DNA from: Nitrospirota bacterium
Lineage (GTDB): Bacteria > Nitrospirota > Thermodesulfovibrionia > Thermodesulfovibrionales > SM23-35
Assembly: GCA_043802315.1 (NCBI GenBank)
Contig: JAZDLE010000027.1
Coordinates: forward strand, 1 to 45,628
Reading direction: 5' to 3'
Length of the DNA stretch: 45,628 nucleotides
A model generated the notes under the pieces. It had not been told where the DNA came from and ran no database searches. It saw only the letters and a list, made by a program, of their open reading frames with translations. The position numbers were made by a program, and so were the translations under genes. Below, piece after piece: positions 14,841-24,697 of the stretch (positions are counted from its first letter, which is position 1; each line of letters opens with the position of its first letter).

Positions 14841-17800
14841 TTACGCTGCCTCAACAAGCTGCATGGATATTACCTTGGATACCCCTGCTTCCTCCGTGGT
14901 TATTCCATACAGGTAATCTGATGCGCTCATGGTGGTTCTGTTATGGGTGATGATAATAAATTGTATCTCCCTTGACAGTTCCTGCAACATCCTTGCAAAC
15001 CTTTCAGTGTTCGATTCATCCAGGGTAGCATCTGCCTCATCCAGAATACAGAGGGGAGTAGGTTTAATGAGAAAGCTTGCAAAAAGAAGAGACAGTGCAG
15101 TGAGCGTCTTCTCCCCTCCAGAGAGGAGGTTTATATTCTGCAGTCTCTTCCCCGGAGGCTGTGCTATAATATCCATACCCGATTCGAGGATATTCTCCTC
15201 ATCTGTTAAAACCAGGTCAGCCCTTCCCCCACCGAAAAGCACCATAAAGACTTCTGAAAATTTTGCCTTGAGCGTATCAAAGGCATCCCTGAGTCTCCTC
15301 CGTGTGGTAGCATTTATCTTCGTGATCGCTTCTTCGAGTTCTGCTATGGATTTGTTCAGGTCCTCCCGCTGCTTTGAGAGGAACTCATACCGTATACGCA
15401 GTTCTTCATACTCCTCCAGGGTGCCCAGGTTTACAGGTCCGAGCTCCTGAATCTTTTCTCTGAGCATGACAAGCCGCTCTTCATCCTCGGGGGTAAGGGG
15501 TTCAACCTCTAACGTATCTATGTTCGAACCGTAGTTTTGACGTATGTGTTCAGAGAGGTTATCTAATTTTACTCTGTGTTCAGCTCTAGAGATATCAAGT
15601 TCCGCCACCCTCTGAGAAAGGGAATCTATTTCACGCCTGAGAAGCTTAAGTTCCTGTTCTACTTTGAGGAGCTCCTGATTTTCAGCCTCAACCACTTCTT
15701 TTCTTTCCGATATCTCTTTCCTGAGTTTATCTGTAGCAGTGATCAGTGATCGAATCTTTTCTTCATATTCTGCTATCTCTATTTCGCGGTGGGAGATACG
15801 AGAATTTACTGAAGAGATCTCTTCAAACAGATAACCTTTTTTCAGGTCGATCTCCCCTATCTTTTTGAGTAAGGCCTCCTTTTCCTTAAAGGCTGATTCC
15901 ATCTTTTCTTTGAGAGAGGCCATGGAAAGTCTGAGGTCTGTCACATCTGAACGATAGCCTTCGAGCTTTGTCCTTTTCTCAGTGATCTCTTCCAAGAGTG
16001 AAGCGCTATCCTTTTCAATATCTCCTCTCTTTGCTTCAGATGACTGGACCTCGGCTTCCTTCTCCATGATAAGTTTTTGTAGCAACTCCTTTTCTCCGAT
16101 TAACTGCCCAACCTCTGTGTTGAGATAAGATAGCTTTCTCTCTGTGCGCCCTTTTTCTTCCCTGGTGTTATCCACGGTCAATCTCAGAAGAGAAATTTCC
16201 TTCTCTCCATCTATAATGAGTGATTCGATACCCTTGAGTTCAGATTCTCTTTTTTCTATTGACTCCTGGGCTGAAGTCAACTCAGCTTCCAGTTGCACCG
16301 TCATAGTCTCTTTATTCTCGATTATTCCCTCAAGTTCCTTTATTTCTCTTTTCCTCTTGAATATGCCTTTGACCTCTCCTCCGATAACTGCACCTGATGG
16401 TTCTACTACTTCCCCATCAATGGTCACATAAAATAGTTTTTTACCTGTGCTTATGAGATGAAAGGCTTCTTTGAGATTTCTGATGATAAAGATATTGTCG
16501 AGCAGAGCCTTAGCAACTCCTGAAAACCCCTCGGGAGTCTTTACAAAATTCGATGCCCTCCCTATCACCCCTTCAGGTACATCTATCTCTCCAGAAAATT
16601 CCCCCTCCCCTCCTTTACTAAAGGGGGGTAAGGGGGGATTTGCAGGTATGAAAGCCGTCCTGCCGAGACCTTTCTCTTTTAAAGAAGACATGGCAATCTC
16701 GATATCATTGAAAGATGATAGAATGAACAAATTCACCTTCTCAGAGAGGGCGCTCTCTATGGCCTTTTCATATTCAGCCTCGACCTCAAAGACATCTGAA
16801 ATAGATTCGAGGAGACGGAGGTCTAAACCTTCTGAGAGAAGGTCTCTTGTTGGCCTGTCAAAGACAATCTCCCTGAGAGACTCCAGCCGGGATTTATATG
16901 ATGCCAGTTCTTCCCTGAGTCTCGAAAGGGTCTCCCTGATTTCCTCGATCTTTTTACTGCTTGTGAAAAGTTCTTTTATGAACACGTCTTTCTTTTCATT
17001 CAGCAGGAGAAGTTCATTATCCTTGTCCCGAAGGGTTTTCTCTGTATCCTGTATAGAAGAATCTATCTCGGTCAACCTCTTTCTCAGATTCTCTGCATCT
17101 TTTTGTGAAGACGTCTCCCTCCGTGTTAGGTCTTCGAGAGATGACTGGAGCCTGCTGAGGTCATTTCTCAGGTTGCTGCTTTCCTCTGAAATCCTGAAGA
17201 TCTCTCGCCTTTTGCCCTCGAGCAGTTCCTCCTTTTCTGAAAGTTCTTCTTCCAAAGACCTGAGGAGACCCGTCTTCTCCCCGAGCATTTCTCTCTGCCT
17301 CTCTATGTCTGACAGGAAACCTTCCCCGGAGATATTTAGGTTTTCCTTTTTGATGAGCGCTTCGCTCCTCTGTAAATTTAATTCTTCCTCTTGCTGATAT
17401 AGTTTTGTGAGATATTCTTTAAGATTATCCCTATCTGTTTTTGATATGGCTGTACCCTTTTCGAGTTCAGCTACCTCTCTCTCTAAATTCTGTAAATTTC
17501 CCTGAAGTTCTTCCAGGGCCTTTTCTTTCTCAAGGAGTTCAAGCCGTTTTATTTCAGTCGAATTCTCAATCTTCGTGAGTTCTGCCCTCTTCAGTGATTC
17601 CCCTTCCCTCAGGGTGTTATATTCTGAAAGGATCGCTGAAAAGGATTCTTTCAGGGCATGGTAATCTCTCTTTGCAATCTTCAGTTCTATGGAGTTCATT
17701 TCAGAAGAGAGGTTCTTATATCTCTCAGCCTTTTTTGCAATTCTGTCGAGGAGATTAATCTGCTTCTTTACCTCTGTAATAATATCGTTTATCCTCTGGA

Positions 17801-18383
17801 GGTTTGTCCTCGATAATTCGAGCTTGGCCAGGGCCTCTTTCTTCCTGAAATTGTACTTCATAACCCCTGCTACTTCCTCTATCAAAATCCTTCTTTCTTG
17901 TGGTTTTGAGTTCAATATCTCTGAAACACCTTCCTGCGCGAGTATCGAATAGCTTTTTACCTCAAGACCGGTGTCAAGGAAAAGGTCCTTAATATCTTTG
18001 AGCCTGCACTGATTTTTATTCAGTATATATTCGCTGTCACCTGACCGATAAAGCCTCCTGGTAACAGATGCTACATCTGTTACTCCCTCTCCATTATCAT
18101 CATTTGACGGCTTAACATCATTCAGTCCGGAGACTACCATGGTCACCTCTGCCATTCCTTTGGGTTTCTTCGAAGCAGAGCCATTGAAGATAACCTCCTC
18201 CATCTTCTCACCTCTGAGGGTCTTTGCACTCTGCTCTCCGAGAACCCACCTGAATGCATCCACAACATTACTCTTTCCACAACCGTTAGGACCAATAATG
18301 CAGGTAATCCCTTGGTGGAAATTAAATATGGTTCTCTCTGAGAAGGATTTGAATCCTGTTAACTCGATTCTCTCAATTCGCAC
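14841..18383 (-). CDS. smc: chromosome segregation protein SMC
   Basis: 1180 aa. N-terminal Walker A GPNGCGKSN, long coiled coils, a hinge, and C-terminal LSGGEKTLTALSLLFA and ILDEADA. Confidence 0.95.
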   Translation of the reverse strand: MRIERIELTGFKSFSERTIFNFHQGITCIIGPNGCGKSNVVDAFRWVLGEQSAKTLRGEKMEEVIFNGSASKKPKGMAEVTMVVSGLNDVKPSNDDNGEGVTDVASVTRRLYRSGDSEYILNKNQCRLKDIKDLFLDTGLEVKSYSILAQEGVSEILNSKPQERRILIEEVAGVMKYNFRKKEALAKLELSRTNLQRINDIITEVKKQINLLDRIAKKAERYKNLSSEMNSIELKIAKRDYHALKESFSAILSEYNTLREGESLKRAELTKIENSTEIKRLELLEKEKALEELQGNLQNLEREVAELEKGTAISKTDRDNLKEYLTKLYQQEEELNLQRSEALIKKENLNISGEGFLSDIERQREMLGEKTGLLRSLEEELSEKEELLEGKRREIFRISEESSNLRNDLSRLQSSLEDLTRRETSSQKDAENLRKRLTEIDSSIQDTEKTLRDKDNELLLLNEKKDVFIKELFTSSKKIEEIRETLSRLREELASYKSRLESLREIVFDRPTRDLLSEGLDLRLLESISDVFEVEAEYEKAIESALSEKVNLFILSSFNDIEIAMSSLKEKGLGRTAFIPANPPLPPFSKGGEGEFSGEIDVPEGVIGRASNFVKTPEGFSGVAKALLDNIFIIRNLKEAFHLISTGKKLFYVTIDGEVVEPSGAVIGGEVKGIFKRKREIKELEGIIENKETMTVQLEAELTSAQESIEKRESELKGIESLIIDGEKEISLLRLTVDNTREEKGRTERKLSYLNTEVGQLIGEKELLQKLIMEKEAEVQSSEAKRGDIEKDSASLLEEITEKRTKLEGYRSDVTDLRLSMASLKEKMESAFKEKEALLKKIGEIDLKKGYLFEEISSVNSRISHREIEIAEYEEKIRSLITATDKLRKEISERKEVVEAENQELLKVEQELKLLRREIDSLSQRVAELDISRAEHRVKLDNLSEHIRQNYGSNIDTLEVEPLTPEDEERLVMLREKIQELGPVNLGTLEEYEELRIRYEFLSKQREDLNKSIAELEEAITKINATTRRRLRDAFDTLKAKFSEVFMVLFGGGRADLVLTDEENILESGMDIIAQPPGKRLQNINLLSGGEKTLTALSLLFASFLIKPTPLCILDEADATLDESNTERFARMLQELSREIQFIIITHNRTTMSASDYLYGITTEEAGVSKVISMQLVEAA
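16596..16640. repeat. 45-nt imperfect palindromic repeat translated in frame inside smc
   Basis: AAATTCCCCCTCCCCTCCTTT-ACT-AAAGGGGGGTAAGGGGGGATT encodes NPPLPPFSKGGEGEF on the minus strand. Confidence 0.6.
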
Positions 18384-18499
18384 TATGAATAATATAACTC
18401 ATACTGTCTGTACTGACAAGTCTATTTTATAAAAGGTGTTAAAAATATCTCTTGTTCTTTTGACAGTGAAGAGATGCCTTTGTTAAAATTCATACAAAG

Positions 18500-19252
18500 A
18501 TGAATCCCTACATACAGAGAAAGATTATAAAAAGACAAGGCACATCTTTTGAAGAGAGAGAAGATTCCATTGCTGTAGAAAAAAAACTGAAGGTTTCTGT
18601 GAATGGAAAGGATTTTATTACCCTCTACTGCACACCCCGTATGATAAAGGAGTTAATAGTTGGTCTTTTTCTTACAGAAGGTATCATCACGGAAATCAAC
18701 CCGGAGGATATGAAGATTGAATACGGTGAAGAGATGCGGGTTGATATAGCCTCTGTTGATGCATCAACAGAGGGAGTGATAACTTCACGCTGCATCGGTG
18801 GGGTCACCTTGGGCAAAAAAAGAAACTTCGAAGAAGTTAAAGATGATTTTTCTCTTGAGGCAGGAGCTCTCAAGAGCACTTTTGACGAGTTCCAGCAGAG
18901 GTCTGAGCTCTTCAGGCTAACGGGTTGCTTTCACGGTGCAGCACTATCAGATGGAAAAAGAATTCTTGTCTTTGCTGAGGATATAGGAAGGCACAATGCT
19001 GTTGATAAGGTGATAGGATATTCTATTCTCGAGAATATTCCCTTCAAAAACAAAGTGATGTTAGTAAGTTGCCGCCTCTCCTCAGAGATTGTTTCAAAAT
19101 GTTCGCGATGGGGGATTCCAATAGTAGCCAGCAGGGCTGCTCCTACAGACCTGGCTATCGGAATAGCTGAGACATCGGGCATGACCATTGCGGGCTTTGT
19201 AAGGGGAGACCGCATGAATATATATACGAATCCACAAAGAATACTTTTGTAG
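18500..19252 (+). CDS. fdhD: formate dehydrogenase accessory sulfurtransferase FdhD-like protein
   Basis: Family-typical LTEGII, GRHNAVDK and SSEIV.K....IP motifs. Confidence 0.8.
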   Translation: MNPYIQRKIIKRQGTSFEEREDSIAVEKKLKVSVNGKDFITLYCTPRMIKELIVGLFLTEGIITEINPEDMKIEYGEEMRVDIASVDASTEGVITSRCIGGVTLGKKRNFEEVKDDFSLEAGALKSTFDEFQQRSELFRLTGCFHGAALSDGKRILVFAEDIGRHNAVDKVIGYSILENIPFKNKVMLVSCRLSSEIVSKCSRWGIPIVASRAAPTDLAIGIAETSGMTIAGFVRGDRMNIYTNPQRILL

Positions 19253-19263
19253 CACAAAGTAAA

Positions 19264-19305
19264 GGGCATTGAGCTAAGAGTTAAAACTCTATGCTAAGCT
19301 CTACG
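19264..19305 (+). repeat. GAGCTAAGAG...ACTCTATGCT...AAGCT repeat, copy 1
   Basis: GGGCATTGAGCTAAGAGTTAAAACTCTATGCTAAGCTCTACG aligns with the reverse complement of 37401-37444. Confidence 0.6.
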
Positions 19306-19317
19306 CTCTTTGCTATT

Positions 19318-20676
19318 TCATTTGTATTTGGCCAGTCTATGCCTGAAGGACCTGAAAGACAGGTTGAGAAGTTTTGCCGCCTCTTTCTTCACTCCACCAG
19401 ACTTTTCGAGTGCCTTGAACAGATATCTCTTCTCAATATCTCCGATAATTTTATCAATATCGATGCCTTCTTCCGTAAGTTCGGGAATCTCTTTTGTTTC
19501 ATCTGCATACCCAGCTATTTCATTAGGAAGTTCTGCTGGTGTTATCTCTTCTTTCTCTGTAAGAAGGGCTGTCCGTTCAATAACATTCTCGAGCTCTCTC
19601 ACATTTCCCTTCCATGGATATCCCATTAATACCCGCATCGCTTCGGGTGTAATCTTTCTCGATTGGTTTGATATCTTTCTGAGAAAATGTTCTACAAGTA
19701 ACGGTATATCCTCCTTCCTCTCTCGAAGGGGAGGTATCTGAATAGGCACAACATTAAGCCTATAATATAAATCTTCCCTGAACCTGCCTGATGCAAGCTC
19801 TTCCTTTACATCTTTGTTCGTTGCTGATATAACCCTTACATCAACCTTTATGTCCGTCGTACCACCTACTCGCCTGAATGAACCATTTTCAAGGACTCTG
19901 AGAATCTTAGCCTGGAGGTTAATCGGCATCTCACCAATCTCGTCGAGGAAGATACTCCCACTGTCCGCTATCTCAAATAATCCTTGCTTGTTATGCATAG
20001 CACCAGTAAAAGAGCCTCTCATATGTCCGAAGAGTTCTGACTCGAGGAGCCCTTCAGGAAAGGCTGCGCAGTTTATTGCGACAAAATTCCGATCCTTCCT
20101 ATGGCTGAGGTTATGCAAAGCCGCTGCAACTAATTCCTTGCCCGAGCCGCTTTCGCCTATGATCAGAACATTTGAGTTACTCTGTGCAATTTTGGGAATC
20201 AGTCTGAAGAGCTCTTGCATCTGAGGGCTTTGACCGATAATATTTTCAAGCCTGTATGTTGTTTTTACCTTCTTCCGTAAGAGAGAAACCTCCTCACTAA
20301 GCCTCTTCTTCTCAATGGCCTTTTCTATGATTAATCTGATCTCGTCTATCTTGAAGGGTTTGTTAATATAGTCATAGGCACCTAATTTCATGGCATCGAT
20401 TGCTGCCTCTGTTGTGCCGAAGGCTGTTATCATGATTACAATGGTATCGGGAGATATCTCTTTTGCTTTCTTCAGGAGTTCGAAGCCACCAACCTTAGGC
20501 ATCTTTATATCTGTTATGACAAGATCAAAGATGTCATCGGTAATATACGAGAGTCCTTCAAGCCCATCAGAGGCAGAGACTACTTCATACTTCTCCCCTT
20601 CCAGGAGGATCTTAAGCACTTCCCTCATACTTTTTTCGTCTTCTACTATGAGTATTCTTCCCTTATGCTTTTCCAT
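19318..20676 (-). CDS. pilR: sigma-54-dependent response regulator (NtrC/PilR type)
   Basis: REC domain (ILIVEDE...DIKMP), AAA+ sigma54-interaction domain (GESGSGKE, GAFTGA-like GSFTGA) and a C-terminal Fis-type HTH. Start set at MEKHKGR. Confidence 0.85.
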   Translation of the reverse strand: MEKHKGRILIVEDEKSMREVLKILLEGEKYEVVSASDGLEGLSYITDDIFDLVITDIKMPKVGGFELLKKAKEISPDTIVIMITAFGTTEAAIDAMKLGAYDYINKPFKIDEIRLIIEKAIEKKRLSEEVSLLRKKVKTTYRLENIIGQSPQMQELFRLIPKIAQSNSNVLIIGESGSGKELVAAALHNLSHRKDRNFVAINCAAFPEGLLESELFGHMRGSFTGAMHNKQGLFEIADSGSIFLDEIGEMPINLQAKILRVLENGSFRRVGGTTDIKVDVRVISATNKDVKEELASGRFREDLYYRLNVVPIQIPPLRERKEDIPLLVEHFLRKISNQSRKITPEAMRVLMGYPWKGNVRELENVIERTALLTEKEEITPAELPNEIAGYADETKEIPELTEEGIDIDKIIGDIEKRYLFKALEKSGGVKKEAAKLLNLSFRSFRHRLAKYK

Positions 20677-22261
20677 TTGTCTTAGGTAATATAACCTCAA
20701 AGGTCGTGCCAAATCCAGGACTACTTTTCACGATTATACTGCCAGCATGTTCCTCGATGATTCTGTAAGCTATGGAAAGCCCAAGACCTGTTCCATTCTC
20801 TTTGGTAGTAAAAAAGGGATAAAAGATCTTTTCCACATCATGGTCATCGATGCCAATTCCTGAGTCCTTAAATGTTATTTCTACAGCTGTATTGGTACTT
20901 CTTGTAGAGACATTGAGTTCCCCTCCCTCAGGCATCGCTTCTATTGCGTTTAACCCGAGGTTCCAGAATACCTGCCGCATCTTCTGAGGATCTGCATCTA
21001 CCTCAAGACTGCCAGTATATTTCTTATTTATAGATATACTACCTCTATTCTGTTCCACGTGCTTAAGGAGTTCCATGGTCTCATCGAGAATACTGTGCAG
21101 TTCACACCTCTTAAACTCTGCTGGCGTGGGTCGTGAATAGGTAAGGAAATCGGTTATGATACTGTTGAGACGCTCCATCTCTTTCAGGGCAATCTCCATA
21201 AGTCTCTTCTTTTGGTTCTGAGGTATCATATCTTCTTTGAGCATTTCTATAGAACCCTTCAGAGAGGCAAGGGGATTTCTGATCTCATGGGCAATATTCG
21301 ATGAAAGTTCTCCTAAAGCTGCCCATTTTTCTTTCAACTTCATCTCTGCCTCAATTTTCTTCAGTTTTGTGATGTCCTGGAATATCCCTATAAAACCTGT
21401 ATCATTCCCGCTAATATCCCTCAGGGGAGTGATCTGTAAGCCGATTACCTTCTGGATCCCATCTGCCCTTATGATCTCCTCGCGTCGACTACTCACAAAA
21501 GAAGACTGGAAGAATGGTAAAACTTCGTCCATCCTCTTGCCTATGACGGTGTCCTTTTTAATGCCTGTTATCTTTTCAGCAGCTCGATTGTAGATTAATA
21601 CCCTACCAGATTGATCAGATGTGAACAGGCCACTCGGAAGACTTTCTATGACTTCCTTATTAAAAAACTCAAGATCCCGGAGGTTCGTATCTCTTTCATC
21701 AAGTTTTTGTGCTGTCTTTTCAAGCCTTGATGAGAGATAGCCACTGAGGAAAGCAGTAAGATAAAAGGAAATAATATGGATAAATATGTTATAGAGGTAG
21801 TCCTTCATCACCATTGGCTGTCCAGTACTGAAAGGCAGTAACCCATGAAACTGGAAGTTTATAAGCGTCCCGTAAAAAATACTGCTCAGTGTTGCCGTTA
21901 TGTAACCAGCCCTTTTATTTAATACAATACTTGAAGATATGACGGTAAGCGCGAGGGTGAAGGAAAACCAGCTCTCTATCCCGCCTGTAGTATAGATAAG
22001 TATTATTCCAAAAAACACATCGAGGATTAACTGGGCATAGGCGAAGGTAAAAAGCTTCTTAATCCGTTCGAGTATAATGGCATAAATAATGGTTACGGCA
22101 TAGAGAGAAATAATAAGATAAGAGAGGACCTGTGGATAAGGAAAATTTTCGTATCCTGCTTTAAAAATGAAAGATGCACCGAGCAGGAGGGTAACAAAGC
22201 TAGCCCTGAGGGCTATGAGAGCCTTTATCCGTATTTTTAAGGCTGCTGCATTTTCTGCCAT
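20663..22261 (-). CDS. pilS: membrane sensor histidine kinase (PilS-like)
   Basis: Multi-TM N-terminus, a PAS domain, the HisKA H-box SSNIAHEIRNP, and the HATPase N, G1 and G2 boxes. Confidence 0.85.
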   Translation of the reverse strand: MAENAAALKIRIKALIALRASFVTLLLGASFIFKAGYENFPYPQVLSYLIISLYAVTIIYAIILERIKKLFTFAYAQLILDVFFGIILIYTTGGIESWFSFTLALTVISSSIVLNKRAGYITATLSSIFYGTLINFQFHGLLPFSTGQPMVMKDYLYNIFIHIISFYLTAFLSGYLSSRLEKTAQKLDERDTNLRDLEFFNKEVIESLPSGLFTSDQSGRVLIYNRAAEKITGIKKDTVIGKRMDEVLPFFQSSFVSSRREEIIRADGIQKVIGLQITPLRDISGNDTGFIGIFQDITKLKKIEAEMKLKEKWAALGELSSNIAHEIRNPLASLKGSIEMLKEDMIPQNQKKRLMEIALKEMERLNSIITDFLTYSRPTPAEFKRCELHSILDETMELLKHVEQNRGSISINKKYTGSLEVDADPQKMRQVFWNLGLNAIEAMPEGGELNVSTRSTNTAVEITFKDSGIGIDDHDVEKIFYPFFTTKENGTGLGLSIAYRIIEEHAGSIIVKSSPGFGTTFEVILPKTNGKA

Positions 22262-22314
22262 CTCCCTCTCATTTTAGCTCATTCTCCCAAAACTTGTTTA
22301 AGCGGAGATTATTA

Positions 22315-23520
22315 TCATTTTATAAGGGTAATCAATTTGAATATCGGGAGATACATAGCGATAACGATAAAACCAACGGTAGTTCCGAGAAAAATCATAA
22401 GCACAGGTTCCATCATCGCAGTGAGATTTGACACAGCATTATCCACCTCGTCATCATAGAAATCGGCAATCTTGCTGAGCATTGCATCAAGAGCACCTGT
22501 TGATTCACCGACTGCTACCATGTGAGTAACCATGGGGGGGAAAACCTTCGCCTTTTTAATAGGATCAGCAAGGGTCTTTCCTCCCACTACTTCCTTCCTG
22601 ACATCAAGAATCGCATATTCGACAACCTTGTTGCCTGATGTCTTTGCTGTTATCTCAAGACAATCTAATATTGGTACGCCACTGCTGACAAGGGTTCCGA
22701 GGGTCCTTGTAAATTTTGCTACAGCTACCTTATTAAGGAGTGCACCAATAATGGGCATCTTAAGCAATATTGAATCACTGATCTTTTTGCCCTTTTCTGT
22801 CCTCCGAAACTGGGTGACAAAGACGATGGCACCAATTATTGCAACAAGAGTTACGAGCCCACCGATACCAGCAATAAAGTTACTCAGACCAATTACCATC
22901 CTCGTTGGTAAAGGGAGTGTTCCTCCAAGCTGGGCAAACATCTTTGAAAATGTCGGCACAACAAAAAGCATTATGATAACAATTACCAGGACAGCGACGG
23001 CTGTAACTACTGCAGGATAAACCATTGCCCCTTTCACCTTCTTCTTCAGTTTCATTGACTTTTCTATGTAAGCTGCCAACCTGTTGAGGATTGTATCGAG
23101 AACACCGCCAGCCTCACCTGCTGCAACCATGTTTACATACAACTCGCTAAAAATTCTTGGGTGTTTTTTAAGGGCATCGGCATAGGTTAAGCCTGACTCA
23201 ACATCTGTCTTGATCTGCACAATTGTCTTACCGAAAGTCTTATTCTCAACCTGGGCAGAAAGTATCTCGAGTGCCTGTACGAGAGGAAGTCCTGCATTTA
23301 TCATCGTAGAAAACTGTCTTGTAAAGACCACAATGTCTTTATCCTTTATCTTCCCTCCTAAACGGAAGATACGTGCCTTCTTCGGTTTTTCCGTTATAAG
23401 CGTAGGGACAATCCTTTTCTTTCCGAGGATTGCGATAACATCTTCCTTTGTTGCTGCTGTTATCTCTCCTGACTCTATGATCCCCTTTGGGGTCTTGCCT
23501 GACCATTGATATACAGCCAT
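22315..23520 (-). CDS. pilC: type IV pilus platform protein PilC (GspF family)
   Basis: Two GspF repeats and three TM segments; 401 aa. Confidence 0.9.
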   Translation of the reverse strand: MAVYQWSGKTPKGIIESGEITAATKEDVIAILGKKRIVPTLITEKPKKARIFRLGGKIKDKDIVVFTRQFSTMINAGLPLVQALEILSAQVENKTFGKTIVQIKTDVESGLTYADALKKHPRIFSELYVNMVAAGEAGGVLDTILNRLAAYIEKSMKLKKKVKGAMVYPAVVTAVAVLVIVIIMLFVVPTFSKMFAQLGGTLPLPTRMVIGLSNFIAGIGGLVTLVAIIGAIVFVTQFRRTEKGKKISDSILLKMPIIGALLNKVAVAKFTRTLGTLVSSGVPILDCLEITAKTSGNKVVEYAILDVRKEVVGGKTLADPIKKAKVFPPMVTHMVAVGESTGALDAMLSKIADFYDDEVDNAVSNLTAMMEPVLMIFLGTTVGFIVIAMYLPIFKLITLIK

Positions 23521-23523
23521 TTC

Positions 23524-24621
23524 TTATTCCCTCCCTCTGCCAGAGACTGCTGTCACACCTTTCTTCTGGATCATTGCGATCAGCTCCTCATGCAAATATG
23601 ATCTACCAACAGCTTCTTCGTAGGATATAAGTCCTTTTGAATGAAGGTCATATAACGACTGGTTCATCGTCTGCATCCCGAATTTTGACTGACCCGTCTG
23701 CATCATTGAATAGACCTGGTGTATTTTGTCCTCTCGTATCAGGTTTCTTATCGCTGGGTTTGGAAGCATCAATTCAAGGGCAAGAACCCTTCCCTGTCCG
23801 GATTTTTTAGGGATAAGCTGCTGCGCAACTATTCCTTCGAGGACAAAAGAGAGCTGGACCCTTATCTGTTCTTGTTGATGTGGAGGAAAAACATCAATAA
23901 TACGGTTAATTGTCTGTACAGCTGAATTTGTATGGAGCGTGGCAAGGGTTAAATGGCCTGTTTCTGAGACGGTAAGGGCTGCCTCTATTGTTTCGAGATC
24001 GCGCATCTCCCCTATGAGAACTACGTCAGGATCCTGTCTGAGGACATATTTCAACGCAGTTTTAAATGATGCAGTATCAGCAGTGACTTCTCTCTGGTTG
24101 ATCAGACATTTCTTGTGTTGATGAAGATATTCTATTGGGTCCTCTACCGTTATGATATGAGCAAATCTCTCTGAGTTTATCCTGTCGACCATTGCAGCGA
24201 GTGTTGTAGATTTGCCGCTTCCCGTTGCTCCCGTAACAAGGATGAGCCCCTGAGACTTTTTTATAACCTCATTGAGGGTCTCTGGTAAACCGAGTTCCTT
24301 GAAACCCCTGATTTCAAACGGAATAGTTCTGAATGCTCCAGCAACCGCTCCCCTCTGCATGAAGATATTTGCCCTGAACCTGCTAACACCCCTGATAGCA
24401 AAAGAGAGATCGAGCTCATTGTTTTCCTCATATTTGTGTTTTTGTGCATCCGTCAATATGCTGTAACAGAGAGCTTTTGTATCTGCAGGGGTCAGGGGCG
24501 GGTGATCAATAAGCAAAAGTTTTCCATCTATCCTCATCCTCGGTGGGCTTCCTGTAGTTATATGAAGATCTGAAGCCCCCCTTTCTATCATCATCCTGAG
24601 TAAGTCATAAAGAGTGGCCAT
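23524..24621 (-). CDS. pilT: type IV pilus retraction ATPase PilT
   Basis: Walker A GATGSGKST, an Asp box, and the AIRNLIREDKIHQV PilT signature. Confidence 0.9.
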   Translation of the reverse strand: MATLYDLLRMMIERGASDLHITTGSPPRMRIDGKLLLIDHPPLTPADTKALCYSILTDAQKHKYEENNELDLSFAIRGVSRFRANIFMQRGAVAGAFRTIPFEIRGFKELGLPETLNEVIKKSQGLILVTGATGSGKSTTLAAMVDRINSERFAHIITVEDPIEYLHQHKKCLINQREVTADTASFKTALKYVLRQDPDVVLIGEMRDLETIEAALTVSETGHLTLATLHTNSAVQTINRIIDVFPPHQQEQIRVQLSFVLEGIVAQQLIPKKSGQGRVLALELMLPNPAIRNLIREDKIHQVYSMMQTGQSKFGMQTMNQSLYDLHSKGLISYEEAVGRSYLHEELIAMIQKKGVTAVSGRGRE

Positions 24622-24697
24622 AATTCCTCCCTTAGAGTTTATAGTTTCCCGTTATTCTTTATTATTAATCTCATATCCTAAAACTGATTCCATTTCT

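Noticed and set aside
14929-18432. Several long plus-strand ORFs inside smc, for example 16471-17397 (308 aa), 14929-15450, 16144-16431 and 17689-17952.
   Set aside because: They are Ser/Leu/Phe-rich, low-complexity mirror frames of a Glu/Lys/Leu-rich coiled-coil gene. They have no RBS and no recognisable domains.
19291-20689. Plus-strand ORFs antisense to pilR: 19291-19629, 19310-19741, 19814-20224 and 20390-20689.
   Set aside because: These are shadow frames of a well-supported sigma-54 regulator gene, with no independent signals.
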